From the NCBI GenBank assembly GCA_035221665.1, contig CM069143.1, forward strand, positions 18,228,001 through 18,292,000: a stretch of DNA of 64,000 nucleotides. Reading direction: 5' to 3'. The notes under the pieces are model-generated. The model saw only the letters and a list, made by a program, of their open reading frames with translations, was not told the DNA's origin and ran no database searches. Position numbers and translations under genes: made by a program. Source of the stretch: Okamejei kenojei (taxonomy: Eukaryota). Positions 1 to 12,433 of this stretch are shown piece by piece (positions within the stretch are counted from its first letter, which is position 1; each line of letters starts with the position of its first letter).

Positions 1-741
1 AAACAACTCAAGGACTGGTTGTGGAGAGGCGGTGATAGCCATTCTTCATCATCATGCCTTCCCAGCCAGTTTATTAGGTGACACAAAGAAATTATCACTG
101 CCAGACACAATGCCTGGCAGACCTTTGCAAAGGCCTTGGAAACACTTCTGCAGTTGATGGCTAATCACGGGAAGGAATCAGGATATACGTGAACAAGTAA
201 TCAAAGTGGGTTTGACTGAGTGGGCAAAAGCAAAATTGCAACTCTCGTTCTTGCCATCCAAGCCCCACACTACTAATTCAGCCTAAAAAGCATTTCATAT
301 TGTTAATGTGGCTTTTTCGGTTTGAGTGACTGTTAATAATCTACAGTTCAACAAATTTAGTTAAAGGCCATTATATGTGCTGCAATAAGTTCCATGTTAA
401 ATAGGTAAATATATGAGATGAAATATTTACTGTCTGGAAATAAAGATCTGATATCTTCAGGAAAAACATTATGTAATCAGAATGAAATTGGCATTGCATA
501 TTCTTATATATTCAACACAACCAACACACATTTGTAATTGAGGATCATCCACAGTTTACAGTGATCTTATCTAAACATTTGGAGAATTATAAAGTGTTGT
601 TCAGAGGTGATGGTTACAGAGTTCCACGAAGCAAACACTTTAAAGGAGTCTATGGTAGGATTCACATTATGAAAGCTTTTTCCTTAAGATTTTTTTTACC
701 TGATACTTTGCTTTCTTTGAAGGGTCTTTGCAATTGTTACT

Positions 742-997
742 ATAGAGGCATAGTGTAATACAGCATGGAAACAGGACCTTCGACCAAACTTACCCATGCC
801 AACCAAGGTGCCCCATCTACACTTGTCCTACTGGCCTGTGTTTAGCCATCTAAACATTTCCTAATTTTAAACACGTACCTGTCTAAATATCCTTTAAATA
901 TTGGTATAGTACCTGTCTCAAACTGCTTCTCTGCTGCTCATTCCATTTACCCTGTAAAAGGAAAAGTCTGCCTTTCAGGTTCCTATGAAATTATTCT
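742..997 (-). mobile_element. Old CR1-type LINE 3' fragment; host of later insertions, continues at 4123-4608 and 7868-8370
   Basis: Reverse-complement CR1 3' UTR (atacagcatggaaacagg...ccttcg...). The sequence resumes collinearly after the younger CR1 and after the Helitron block. Confidence 0.7.
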
Positions 998-3900
998 TAG
1001 AAACATAGGAAAATAGGTGCAGGTGTTGGCCATTCGGCCCTTCGAGCCTGCCCCGCCATTTCAATCTGTTTCAGGCTGATCATCCATATCTCAGTATCGA
1101 AGTACTTCCTGCTCTCCATGTCCCCAATCCCTTTAGCCACAAGGGCTCACATCGAAACTCACCCCTCTTTTATATAGCTAATGATCTGGCCTCAAATACC
1201 TTCTGTGAGCAGAGATTTCCACAGATTCACACTCTGTTGTGAAAAATGTTTTTCTTCATCTCGGTTCCTAAAAGGTTCCCCTTATCCTTAAAATGTGACC
1301 ATTGTTCTGAAACTTCCCAACTCGGGAACATCTTCCTGATCTAGCCTGTCCAAACCCCTTAAGAATTTTGTACGTTTCTATAAGTTCCCCCTCATTCTTC
1401 TAAATTCTAGCGAGTATCAAGCCGAGTCTATCCAGTCTTTCTTCATTTGAAAGGCCTGGACCATCCCTGGAATTCAGTCTGGGTGAACCTTCTCTGTACT
1501 CTACTCTCATGGCAAGAATTGTCTTCATCTGATTTGGAGACCCAAAACTGTACACAATACTCCAGGTGTGGTCTCACCTCAAGGCCCTGTTACTAAACTG
1601 CATGTAGAACCTCCCTGCTCCCTTTACTCAAATCCTTTTTTGCTTTTGAATTGTTATCAGTCCATTTGCTTTCTGCACTGCACTGCTTACACCTGCATGC
1701 CTACTTTCAATGACTGGTGTACCATGGACACCAGGGTCTCGTTGCATCTCCCATATGCCTAAGACGACCACCATTTAGATAATAGTCTACTTTTCTGTTC
1801 TGGCCTCCCCACATGGATATACCTAACATTTATCACATTTTATACAGCATCATGCCCATGCAGTTTCCCACCAACCAACTATCCAAGGCACCTTGCACGC
1901 TTTCCTAGCATCCTCCTCACAGCTAAATTCTCCCCCCCGGCTTAGTGTCATCCGCTGTATTCAATTCCCTCGACCTAAATCTTTATATATATATTGTTAA
2001 TAGCTGGGTGTCCGAGCATGAGCCTTGTGGTACCCCACTAGTCACGGCCTGCCATTCAGAAAAAGGGGCACAGTTACTCTACACTTGCTGCCTGTCTGCA
2101 GCCAATCTCTATCCACTTCAATACTGATACCCCATTTCGTGTGTTTTAAGTTTGCATACTAATCTCTTATGTGGGCTTGTCAAAAGCCTTCTGAAAGTCC
2201 AGATATATCACATCCATGGTTCTCCTTATCCTCTCTACTAGGTATACATCCTCAGAATTTTCTAAGAGTATTCTTCAGACATGATTTACCCTTTCTAATT
2301 CCTTGCTAACTTTGTTCCCATTTATTTCACCACTTTCCAAATGTGCTGATATCCCATCTTTTATAACTGATTCTAGCATTTTGAACACTACATGATTGTT
2401 AGACTAACCTGGTGCCTGTAATTCCAGTTTTCTCTCTCCCTCCATTTTCAAAAAGTGGAGTTACATTAGCTACACTTCCAATCCTTCTGAACTACTCCAG
2501 AATACAAGAGTTTTGAAAAATTATCACTAATAGCATTCTCATATTTCTGGGGCTACTTCATTAAGTACTCTGGGATGCAGATATTGGCCCTGGGCGATTT
2601 ATGGCCCTATAGTCCATTCCATTTACTAACACCACTTCTCAAACTAAATCTGGATTTCACTCAGTTCTCCATTTCTCCCATTTGACCCCCGGGTCCCCTG
2701 CTCTTCCGGCTGCTTATTTATGTCTTCCTTTGTGAAGACAGAACCAAAGTAGTTATTCAATTAGTCTGTCTTGTCCTTTGTTCCCCGTGATCAATTCACC
2801 TACGTTTTAACTGCATTGGGCAACTACTTTTGTTTTAACTAACTCTTTTTCTCTTCACATATCTATACAAACTTTGGCCGTCTGTTCAGTGTTTTTTTGC
2901 TTCCCTGCCTGTTTCTTTCATAATCTATTTTCCCTTTCCTAAGTAAGCCCTTTTGTCCTCTCTGCTGGACTCTGAGTTTTTCTCAGTCTCTGGTAGGGCT
3001 GCTTTTTCTGGCTAATTTGTATGCTTCATCTTTTGTTTTGATACGATGCTGATTTCCCTTGTTATCACGGATATGCCACTATTTCTCCTGATTTTTCTTT
3101 CACCAAATGGGATGATCATTTGTTGTAGTCCAATCCAAGCTAGTCTTTAAATGCACTTTCCATTGATATACACTGGTCATTCCCTTTTAAGAATCAATTG
3201 CTAGTCTATCTTGGCCTATTCCACGTTCATACCCTCAAGTTATACCCTTGTTTCTGAATTAAAGATGTCAACTCTCGATCCTAATGAAGAACTCAACCAT
3301 ATTATGGTCAATCTGCCAAGGGGTCACGCCTACAAGACTGCAACTAACCTTCCTCATTATCATATCCAGTCTAGATTGCCTGCTCTCTCGTGGGTCCTCT
3401 CATGTTGGTTTAGAAAAACCTTCCCGCAATACATTCAAGACTCCTCCGCCTCAGCACCCATGCCAATTTGATTCACCAATCTATATGTAGATTGACAAGT
3501 CACCCATTATAACTGTTTACCTTTGTTGCACGGCATTTCTAATTCCCATGTTTGATTGCCATCCCCTCTCCAATATACTGGTAGGTGCGCCGGTACAACA
3601 ACTCCCACTTGCGTTTTCTGCCCTTATTGATTTTGCAAGCTCTACCATATTGATTTCCACATCTCTAAGCAAATGTCCGTCCTTTCTCTGCGTTTATCTT
3701 CCTATATACCAGCAACGCTCCCCCACCTTCTTTTCCATTCTGTCTACCCGCGTGTATATTGAATATACCTGGGTGTTAAGCTCCCTAGCCTTGGGCACCT
3801 GGAGCCAGGTGTCCGTGATCCCAACTATATCATATTCATTAATAACCTATTTGCACATTCAATCATCCACCTTATTACGAATTGCTCCTGCTTTGTGACA

Positions 3901-4122
3901 ACATAAAGTCTTCAGGCCTTTTTTTTCCAACTTCTTAGCCCTTATACACAATTTATGTTGAAAAGTGGCCCTTTTTGATTTTTGCCTGGATTTGTATGCC
4001 TGCCACTGTTACTTTTCACCTTGCTTCCTATTGCTTCTTTCCTCTTTTTACACCCCTCTGTCTCTTGCTCATTGGGCTCCATTCCCCCTTGCCACATTAG
4101 TTTAAAATCCTCCCCGACAGCC
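998..4122 (-). mobile_element. CR1/HER1-like LINE, most of ORF2 (APE + RT), heavily frameshifted
   Basis: Begins with the reverse complement of a CR1 3' tail (tagaaacatagg...aaataggtgcagg...ggccattcggcccttcgagcc). Continuous CR1-like ORF2 sequence follows with many 1-bp indels. Confidence 0.8.
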
Positions 4123-4608
4123 ACTATTCAACCTTCACCTTAGACAAAGATTAGTTCCCTATGCTGGTGGATTTCGATTCCCTATTTGGATAAATAATGA
4201 TTCTGTGCATTCCTCCCTATCTATGGACCATCATGATGTTATGCGCCTAATGATATCCTCTGTTACTGCTCTCCAAGGAATAAAGTCCTAGCCGCAAAAT
4301 CTCTCCCTATAACTTAGGCCCTCAGTCTGGGCAAACATCTGTCTAAATCTTATCTACAATCTTTCTACCCTTAAACAATTTCTATCCTTCCTATAGCAGG
4401 GGTCACCCATACAATTGAACATATTAATCCAATGTGGCCTCACCATATGCTCTTCTGCACAAACTGTTACATTAAATCCCAGCTTCTATACTCAATACCC
4501 TCACTAATGAAAGCAACGTGGCCAAAAGCATTCTTTACCGCCCTGTCTACTTGCTATGCCAATTGCATGGGAAGTATGTATTCCAAAAAATCCTAGATCC
4601 TGTGCTCT
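4123..4608 (-). mobile_element. Old CR1 fragment (continuation)
   Basis: CR1 RT C-terminal sequence in reverse complement (ctccaaggaataaagtcctagcc...aatgtggcctcacca...). Confidence 0.7.
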
Positions 4609-5369
4609 CTAGACTAAGGGAGGGACTGGTTTCCCATGCAATATCCCACCTACCACCATTTCCAAATATTGTGGGCCCGTGAGGGGGGAGGGGGGGGGAC
4701 TTTCTGTAGCATTAGATGGGTTTTGTGGGCCGAAGGGTCAGGTTACCAGAGGGCTGGTATGGAAATTGTGGGCCGAATGGATTCTTGGGCTGGCAGCTCA
4801 GTCACTCAGACCTGGTAGGCTGGCAGCTCAGAAACTCAAGCCTGGTGGGCCGGCAGCTCAGAAACCTGCCAGAAATCAGGCAGAAAGCAGGTGGACACTC
4901 TGTGGTGAGAGAGAAGGGGGAGAGGGTTGACCATCAATTTTAGATGTTTTCATCTTTTTTTACAGATCACAGCAATGAAGTATGAAAGTCTATCATTGCG
5001 TGGATCTCTGGAGCGTTAGTAGGAGTGTTGTGGGCTGAAGGCATTGGCTTTTCTCCAGTGGGCTAGTATGACATTGCCCCCCTCACCCCCCTTTCTTGAC
5101 CCTCCATTCCCCTCGCTCCCCCCCCATGAATTCAGTCCATTCCCCTTAACCTCCCCCCCATGCACTCTTAGTGACTTTCCGACAGCACAGCCTATTAGGT
5201 ACCCATTGTGATGAAGAACACAAAAGACATGAACAAGTGAAAAAAGTTTTTTTTTAAGTTTAAAATGAGAATGAGTGTGACAAAATTGCATAGTCTAACT
5301 TGACTCACAGCAATCTAAGCAGAGTTAGCGGGCCAGCAAGTCCAACCACCACAGCCACTCCAAGCCTCC

Positions 5370-5750
5370 AAAAGAAGCACACACTAGTAATGCACACTCA
5401 GGGAAGCACACACAGGGAAACACACACAGGGGATGCACACACACACCTATACACACCCAAAAAAGACACTCCACTACACAACACAAACAAACAAACACAT
5501 ACATACAAAAAACACACACAACACCTTGCACTCACACACAGATAACACACCTATTAACACACAACAGACACACACCTATGCACACACAAACTAACATCCC
5601 TATGCACATAGCACAAAGACTAACACACACACACACACACACACACCCTATACACACACTCAAGACACACAACACAAGATGCACACACCCCAGAACACAC
5701 AACCCAAAACAATCACACCCAAAACACACAAACCCAGACACCACTACCAC
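5370..5750. repeat. Degenerate (CA)n-rich tract
   Basis: CA/ACAC-dominated low-complexity sequence with a pure (AC)n run at ~5624-5647. Confidence 0.85.
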
Positions 5751-5982
5751 AGCGCCAATACTAAAAATGCCCAAGAAACTCAGAATTGGTAAGCTTACTG
5801 AATCATGGTACTAAACCATATACTCTTAGTATGTTGTTTGGAAAATAAGAACACAGGTGTTTTAAACCAAATGATTAAAATGTTTTTAAAGACTTTTTTT
5901 TATTCTGAAACACTCCTCTTAGAAGCTTTCTACTGCAAATATGTGCTGTAAATAACTTTCCTCCACACTACACATCAAACAC

Positions 5983-6189
5983 NNNNNNNNNNNNNNNNNN
6001 NNNNNNNNNNNNNNNNNNNNNNNNNNNNNNNNNNNNNNNNNNNNNNNNNNNNNNNNNNNNNNNNNNNNNNNNNNNNNNNNNNNNNNNNNNNNNNNNNNNN
6101 NNNNNNNNNNNNNNNNNNNNNNNNNNNNNNNNNNNNNNNNNNNNNNNNNNNNNNNNNNNNNNNNNNNNNNNNNNNNNNNNNNNNNNNNN
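5983..6189. other. Assembly gap
   Basis: Run of N. Confidence 1.
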
Positions 6190-7867
6190 AAGGTTGGCAG
6201 TAAGTTCTCTTGATTTACTCAAATGGTTCAGGGCGGCGTTCCAATTCAGGCCTTCTTCTGCACTCAGCGCAACGCTGTCTCACCAGAAATGTCGCAATCA
6301 GCACCACCTCTCCCCCACTAAGCGGGAAACACGCATTCAGAGCCACCTCACCACTAAAGCGGAAGTCACCGAAATGAGTGGTAATTTTGCATTAAAACAC
6401 AGTCCCTGAATCTAATAAAACATTTTATTTCACGGTTTTCTTCCAAAAAAACTGTGTGCACAGGAAAGCAACATTTAATAACGCAAGCCACCATATTAAA
6501 AAGCCAAAACACATTTTAATATTAACAGGCACAGGGTTAAAGACTTTGCAATTAGCCACACTATTCAATTAGCGACACAGTTAAAAGGCCACAGTAAAAG
6601 GCACAGTAAAACATTATTCTCTTCCAAAACACAGTTCAAATAAACACATAATAATTACATAAAGCACAATCAGTTTTGTAGAAATGTGTTCATTGTTCGG
6701 TTGATTCAGAGATCTAGAATGGTTTTGAGTCTTGACCTCTCCATCCCCCATCTTGCAGTGACTGAGGCAGGTCACACTTCCTGGTTTTATGTCCCTCCTC
6801 CTCCCTCAGGAAGGGGCGTGGCCCTCTGGCATGATTGGCAGGGAGAGAATATCAACTTTTTTTAAACATTAATAAGTTTTTTATGTTTCATCGTATGGGG
6901 AAAAATCCTCGGGCCATGTCAGCTGGAGGCGGGTCTCTGATTTGATGTACATATATCACAGCGGTTAGTGGTTAGCCAAAATGGTTTTTCTAATTTTTGT
7001 ATTACCTCAGCGAAAACTGGCCCAATGTGGGTTAAAGAATGATGACTTTTTAATTATATAGGATTTTCAAAACTTCCTTTACTATATTGACACCATTTTT
7101 TCCTTATCATAAACCAACCACATTTTCCTTTTTCAAACGAACCAGCCTTGCTTGTTTTTTTCCAAACCAACCAACTTCCTTGCTTTGGGCTTTTTTTTTC
7201 AAACAAAAAAACCCATTTATTTTAGGGGCTTTGCTTTTTTTTCAATCCCCAACACATTTTTTGTGTCTTGGGCCCCTTCTTTATTTTTTACAAAAACCCA
7301 CCAACCATTTTTGGGGAGGGGGCAATGCGGGCATTTTTTTCCAAACCCCAAACCCAACATTTTTTGGCCCCTTGCTTTTCAAACCAAACCACATTTTCAT
7401 TTTTCCAAAAACTTTCATTTTCAAACCACATTTTCATTTTCAAACATCATTTTCAAACCACATTAAGGGCACTCACAGGTCAGTAAAACCACACTCACAA
7501 TTTAGTAGACATCTGTTCAGTTTTCAGTTGATCATAACTTCCCAGTCAGGAGTGTGTGCCTCTCCACTCCCCCATCGTGCAGCGACTGAGGTACGTCTAC
7601 ACTTCTGGGTTTATAGTTCCTCCCCCTCTCAGCAGAAGGGGCGAGGCCTTCATGGCATGATTGACAGGAGAGAGAATCTCAACATTTGTTAAACATTAAT
7701 AAGTCTTTTATTTTTCATCGATGGGAAAAATCCTCTTGCCCTGACAGCTGGAGGGGGACTCTGAGTAAGTTGGCCAAAAGTAACAGCCGTAAGTGGTAGC
7801 GTTTTTTCTAAAATCAATATACAGTGCAAACAGGAAATGGTCATGTTTAGACTTTTACTTATATAGA

Positions 7868-8370
7868 TAACACTCTCCCAGTGACCTGTCATTCATTGTC
7901 AAGGTCCTTACCAGGTTTGACTTCGCAAAATGTAACACCTCGCACTTATCAGCATTAACTTCCTTTAACCATTTTTTTATCCATTCCTCAATCCATTTGC
8001 CCATCTGATCAACTTACTAATCATGCCTTCTACATTCTCATCCAAATCGTTAATATAAACTTCAAATAATAGTGGGCCCAACACCAATCACTAAGGCAAT
8101 CCAATAGTCACAGTTTGCTAGCCCAAATAACAATCTTCAACCATGAAGCCAAATTTTTATCCATTCAGCTTTAACCTTCCAGACCAACCTACCATATGGA
8201 ACCCTATCAAGTTCCTTGCTTAATTCATGTAGACAACATCTACTGCTTTGCCCACATTAACCTTTTTGGTTACTCTTCAAAAATATATCAGCACTTATTG
8301 CTATTCCCAATTGCATAATTTATCCATCAGAATTTCATCTTCAGAATCTTTCTATCCCAATGCTTGCCTT
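7868..8370 (-). mobile_element. Old CR1 fragment (continuation)
   Basis: Reverse-complement CR1 RT sequence (aaaatgtaacacctcgcactt..., gtgggcccaacaccaatc..., agacaacatctactgc). Confidence 0.7.
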
Positions 8371-8799
8371 TACCCACCAAATTTCACCATGAAGAGTGGG
8401 TATCGCCAGGGTTGAGTTGATTGGGCATGGGTGGGATCCAAAGAATCTTATGTTTTAGGGGGGCAGGATGGGCTAATTGTGATTCCAGTACTTAATGCAT
8501 CTGTTCTCTGGAATTTCAAATATTCAGAAATTCCCCAAGGACCATTTCCCAATCTTTTCTATAAGATTGCATTTGAAATTAAAATTCCCTGGGGAAATTT
8601 AAAGGTTAAAAACATGAGTAGGCGTGTCATTATACCTATAACGGTAATAAATATTAAAAACCCTTATCCATATGCCCGTTGGGTGCTTTCTTCCTTTCTG
8701 TTGACATTTTTTCCCAGGAAATGTAGAATGATAGGAGGACCACCCAGGGAATTTTCGAACCTGGGTATTTCTCCTTTTCTCCCGGATAAAGGGGATTTC

Positions 8800-10250
8800 C
8801 AACCAGTTGGGCTGCACAGTAGGGAAATTTCCCCCAGCGGCAAAAGAATTACCTGTTGGGTTCAGGGTTTTCCCATGGTTTTTAATTTTATCCCCAATAT
8901 ATTCCAGTTTAACAGCCAAGGTATATTATGTTTTGATAAATGTAAATTGTAAATTTTTATATATGAATAATTGTTCTTTATTTTTTATAATACCTACTAA
9001 ATTTTCTAATATGCTCCATAATTTTTATTTTGGCCTAGTTCACACCACAGTGAAACCAACATTTTTTTTTTGCAAAATTACAGCTGTTTTGATTTTTTCC
9101 CAGTTGTACATCTGGGGGGGCCCCTTCAGCTTTTTATTATTTCATTGTTATTCCATAAATACCCCAAGGTCACACCTTCATTCAATAATTGTCCAAGGGG
9201 GCCGAAGTTATTGCGGGTGTGATTCGTGCGGTTGCTCGGCCAAAATCCCAAAATATTGAAGATCCCAGGCGATTTATATTTTTTACTCCAAAGGATGGTA
9301 GGTAATCGCAAAGGGGTTGGTAAATGGTTCAAGAACCAATTTAAATTTTGGGGTATAAACCCTTTTTCAAAATTGGAAACACAAAAACAAAACTTTTTAA
9401 CGGGAGTTAACCATTTGTCGTTTACCACTCCAAAATACCCCCATACCTTTTTTCAATTTTTTTTTTATCCCCCAAAGTGGGGGGCTTTAACCTTTTCGGT
9501 GGCAAACCCCCTAAAAAATCAAAAAAAATATGTTTTTACGCGGGGTTTTTGCTGTCTTACCCCGATAATGGGCTGAGGTTTCCATTTTTCACTACATTTG
9601 GAGGGGCATAATACCCTTTATATTAAAAGGGGATCACGTTCATTTGATTTTTTTTATACTTTAGGTGTGCTGGAAATTTTTTGGCGCTTTGCTGTATTTT
9701 TTTTTCTTCCTAATTTAAATTTCTTCTAATGGGGAAGCAGAGCCCAATTGCTATCCCATTGAAAAAATGGTATTTTTATGTACTTAAATGGACCATCATC
9801 GGGGGGGCATTAGGTTAAAACCTTACTTCTCGTTATTCCTACTTTCCATTATTGGGGGACAAAATTTATGGAATTTTGGGAGAGAAGATTCGGCAGAAAA
9901 TTGTGGCATTGGTATTGTGTTTTTATATTTTAAATTTAACCCCAATTCGACAAAACCAACTAATTTTTTTATATTTTATTTGGGCCATTATCCCCCAGAT
10001 GTGGTTTTTATTTAGGGCCAGACCATTTTCTGGCCCCCCATTGAGTTTCTGGCCACAAGGCAGATTATGTTAAAGTAATCACAATTCAATTACCCGGGGT
10101 TCCCTTTTGCTCTTTTTTATCAGAAGCCCTTGGGCAGAAACCATTGTAATTTTACCTTTTTAAAGCCCCTGTTTTCCTTAATCCTAAAAAATCTTTCTAT
10201 ATGGGATGTGGGGGAGTCTTAAGCCCCCCTCAACACAAATTCGGGTTCCC
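8800..10250 (+). pseudogene. Possible Helitron RepHel PIF1-helicase remnant in very noisy sequence
   Basis: Codon-like traces in the expected order: GDF..LP (~9269), YPIE (~9752), LLRN (~9822), GT.L (~9856), DV.FI (~9998), QFP (~10085), INKAQGQ-like (~10118), PCFS (~10166), LY..C..V (~10196). No intact frame. Confidence 0.4.
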
Positions 10251-11179
10251 TTTGCCTTTTCACTTTATTAAATTGTGTTCCCAGTCTATTTCAACCATCA
10301 GGTATATAATGGGCACCAGTTTGGCCCTTCCATTCCCCCAAATAGAGTAAATTGCCCTTTCTAAACCGAGATTATCATGCCGGATCCATATCCTTTTCCT
10401 TTACCAAATCTCCATCCTGTCAAACCAGATTGGCATATTATTCGGGAACATGAATAATGCTGTTAATTCCACCAGCTTGGAGACAGATGGAAATCAAGGC
10501 GCACCATAAAGTGGGGGTTTTGGTTATGCGCGGTTGGCCAGATTTTTTCATTTCTGGCAAGGGACCGTTTTTCAATGCAAAATTACACCCAATGTGGTGT
10601 ACATGAGTGGAAACTGGGTTTCAGCTCGGGATTTACGTTGTGTATCTTTCCATGTTCCACGGGGTGGGGCGCCCAAAACTTGGGGGGCGAAAATTATATA
10701 AAAAATGGCCCTTTTTTCATTTTTTCATCATTTGTGGAACTTTAGATTTTGGCTATCTTAAACTTATTTTTTGCACTTTGGCCTTTAAATATTATGGTCT
10801 AGCCCAGTTTGGGGAAATTTGCGTTTTTTGGGGTGTCGAGGGGTATAATTTTCCTCTTTTTTACGGGAAAGGGAAAAAGTTCAATATAGTTTCTTATTTC
10901 CTTTGTTGCGTTTTTAATTGGAAGGTAGGGAGGATAGCCAATTGATTCTGGGTCGACGCACGTTTTCTCAATTGTTTTCCTGGGACCAAATTTCCCATTT
11001 GTGCGGCCTTTATAAGCCAATAAATAAAGCAAGCTAAAGGGTGGGTGGGTTAAAGTGTATTTTTATCCTAACTTTTCTTCCAGGGGAAGCCTTAAATTTA
11101 TTCTTGAATGTTTTACCAAAAAGGGGTGGGGAATTTTTTGCCCCAATTTATATATATATTATTAGCATATTTTTAGAAA

Positions 11180-12430
11180 AACTAAATGGCGGTGACCGCG
11201 CCTTGGCGTGGGTCCCCATGTTCACAATGGGGTGAGGCTGGGTCCCCCCCAATGCAAAATTTCCAAACCTCTACCCCCACCCGTTTCCAATTTATTGGGG
11301 GGGTTGAGGTGGCTTTCCACGCCTCACCGGGGGTGCTCCTCCTACGGGCCCAGTGGGAAAGGGGCCCCCGGTGGCAGGGTCTCTTTCTGGAGCGCTAGTA
11401 TGGGTTGTTGGGTGATGGAATGGTTTTCCAGAGAGCTAGTATCCCGACATTGTGGGCCGCGGGAATGGATTCGTGGGCTGGCAGCTCAGTCCAACCCAAG
11501 GCCTGGCATGCTGGCAGCTCACTCCCGCAGCAGGCGGGTGCCGGGCTGGCAGTGGACTCACGGATATTCCTTGAAATTCCATTTCAAGCAGGGTCAGCAA
11601 GGACACCTATTCAAATGTAGTTTCCTACCCATTTCAACCACGGGTGCAAGGCCACCAAATTCAAGTGCAGTTCCTACCAACATCAAGCAGGATGCAAGGC
11701 AATCAATTTCAACGGGCAGGTTCCTACACTTAACTAAGGGTACTAGGCCTTCAAAATCAAGGGCAGTTCCTACCACTTATCTCGGGTGCAAGGCATCAAA
11801 TTCATGTGCAGTTTCTTACTCTTCAAGAGGGCGTGCATGGCCACCCAAATTCAAGTGCAGTTTTCAATACCATTTCAAGCAGGTTGCAAGGCCATCAAAT
11901 TCAATGCAGTGTCATGCCTTTTCAAGCTGGGTGTGGGACCACCAAATAATTAAAGTGCAGTTGCAAATCCTTTTCAAGCAGGGTACAATGGCACAAATTC
12001 AAGTGCAGTTTCTTACCATTTCAAGCTTTTCCAACCTACTAACCAGCAATTTGCTTTTGCTTTTTCAAACCAAAACCAACCAACCACCAGCACATTTGCT
12101 TTGCTTTTTCAAACAACTAACAACCACCATATTGCTTTTTTTCAAACCACATTAATGGCACTCAAGGTCAGTAAATCCTCTCACTGTTTAGTAGACATGG
12201 GTTCCGTTGTTTATTCACGCTCAAAGGGGGGGGGGGACTGAGTGTCTGACCTTCGCTCGCCCCATCTTGCAGAGACTGAGGCAAAATCCACACTTCCATG
12301 TTTTATAGTCCTTCCCCCACCCACCGGCAAGGTCGTTGTGGACAAAATCCTCTTGTCTCGGCACAGCAGAGTGGGACTGGAGTAAGATAGCAAAAATCAC
12401 AGACGTAAGTGGTTGCATTTATTTTTAAAT
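11180..12430 (-). mobile_element. Non-autonomous Helitron-like element, degraded
   Basis: Shares the subterminal modules of the 4609-7867 and 28985-30918 elements (gacattgtgggccg..atggattc.tgggctggcagc; cccatcttgcagagactgaggca...cacacttcc). Confidence 0.6.
11570..12030. repeat. ~48-50 bp minisatellite, ~9-10 copies, inside the Helitron
   Basis: Repeating unit aattcaagtgcagttcctaccatttcaagcagggtgcaaggccacca. Confidence 0.85.
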
Positions 12431-12433
12431 CAT

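Larger units (their letters stand above)
4609..7867 (-). mobile_element. Composite or tandem non-autonomous Helitron block (spans a gap)
   Basis: CTAG 3' end at 4609-4612. The 5' end reads TCtatataagtaaaagtct (rc of 7849-7867), matching the Helitron at 28985. A duplicated 5' module lies at ~6720-7090 and ~7490-7867. The block interrupts a CR1 that is collinear on both sides. Confidence 0.65.

Noticed and set aside
5300-5814. His/Thr-rich and Cys/Val-rich ORFs
   Set aside because: Translations of the (CA)n-rich tract.
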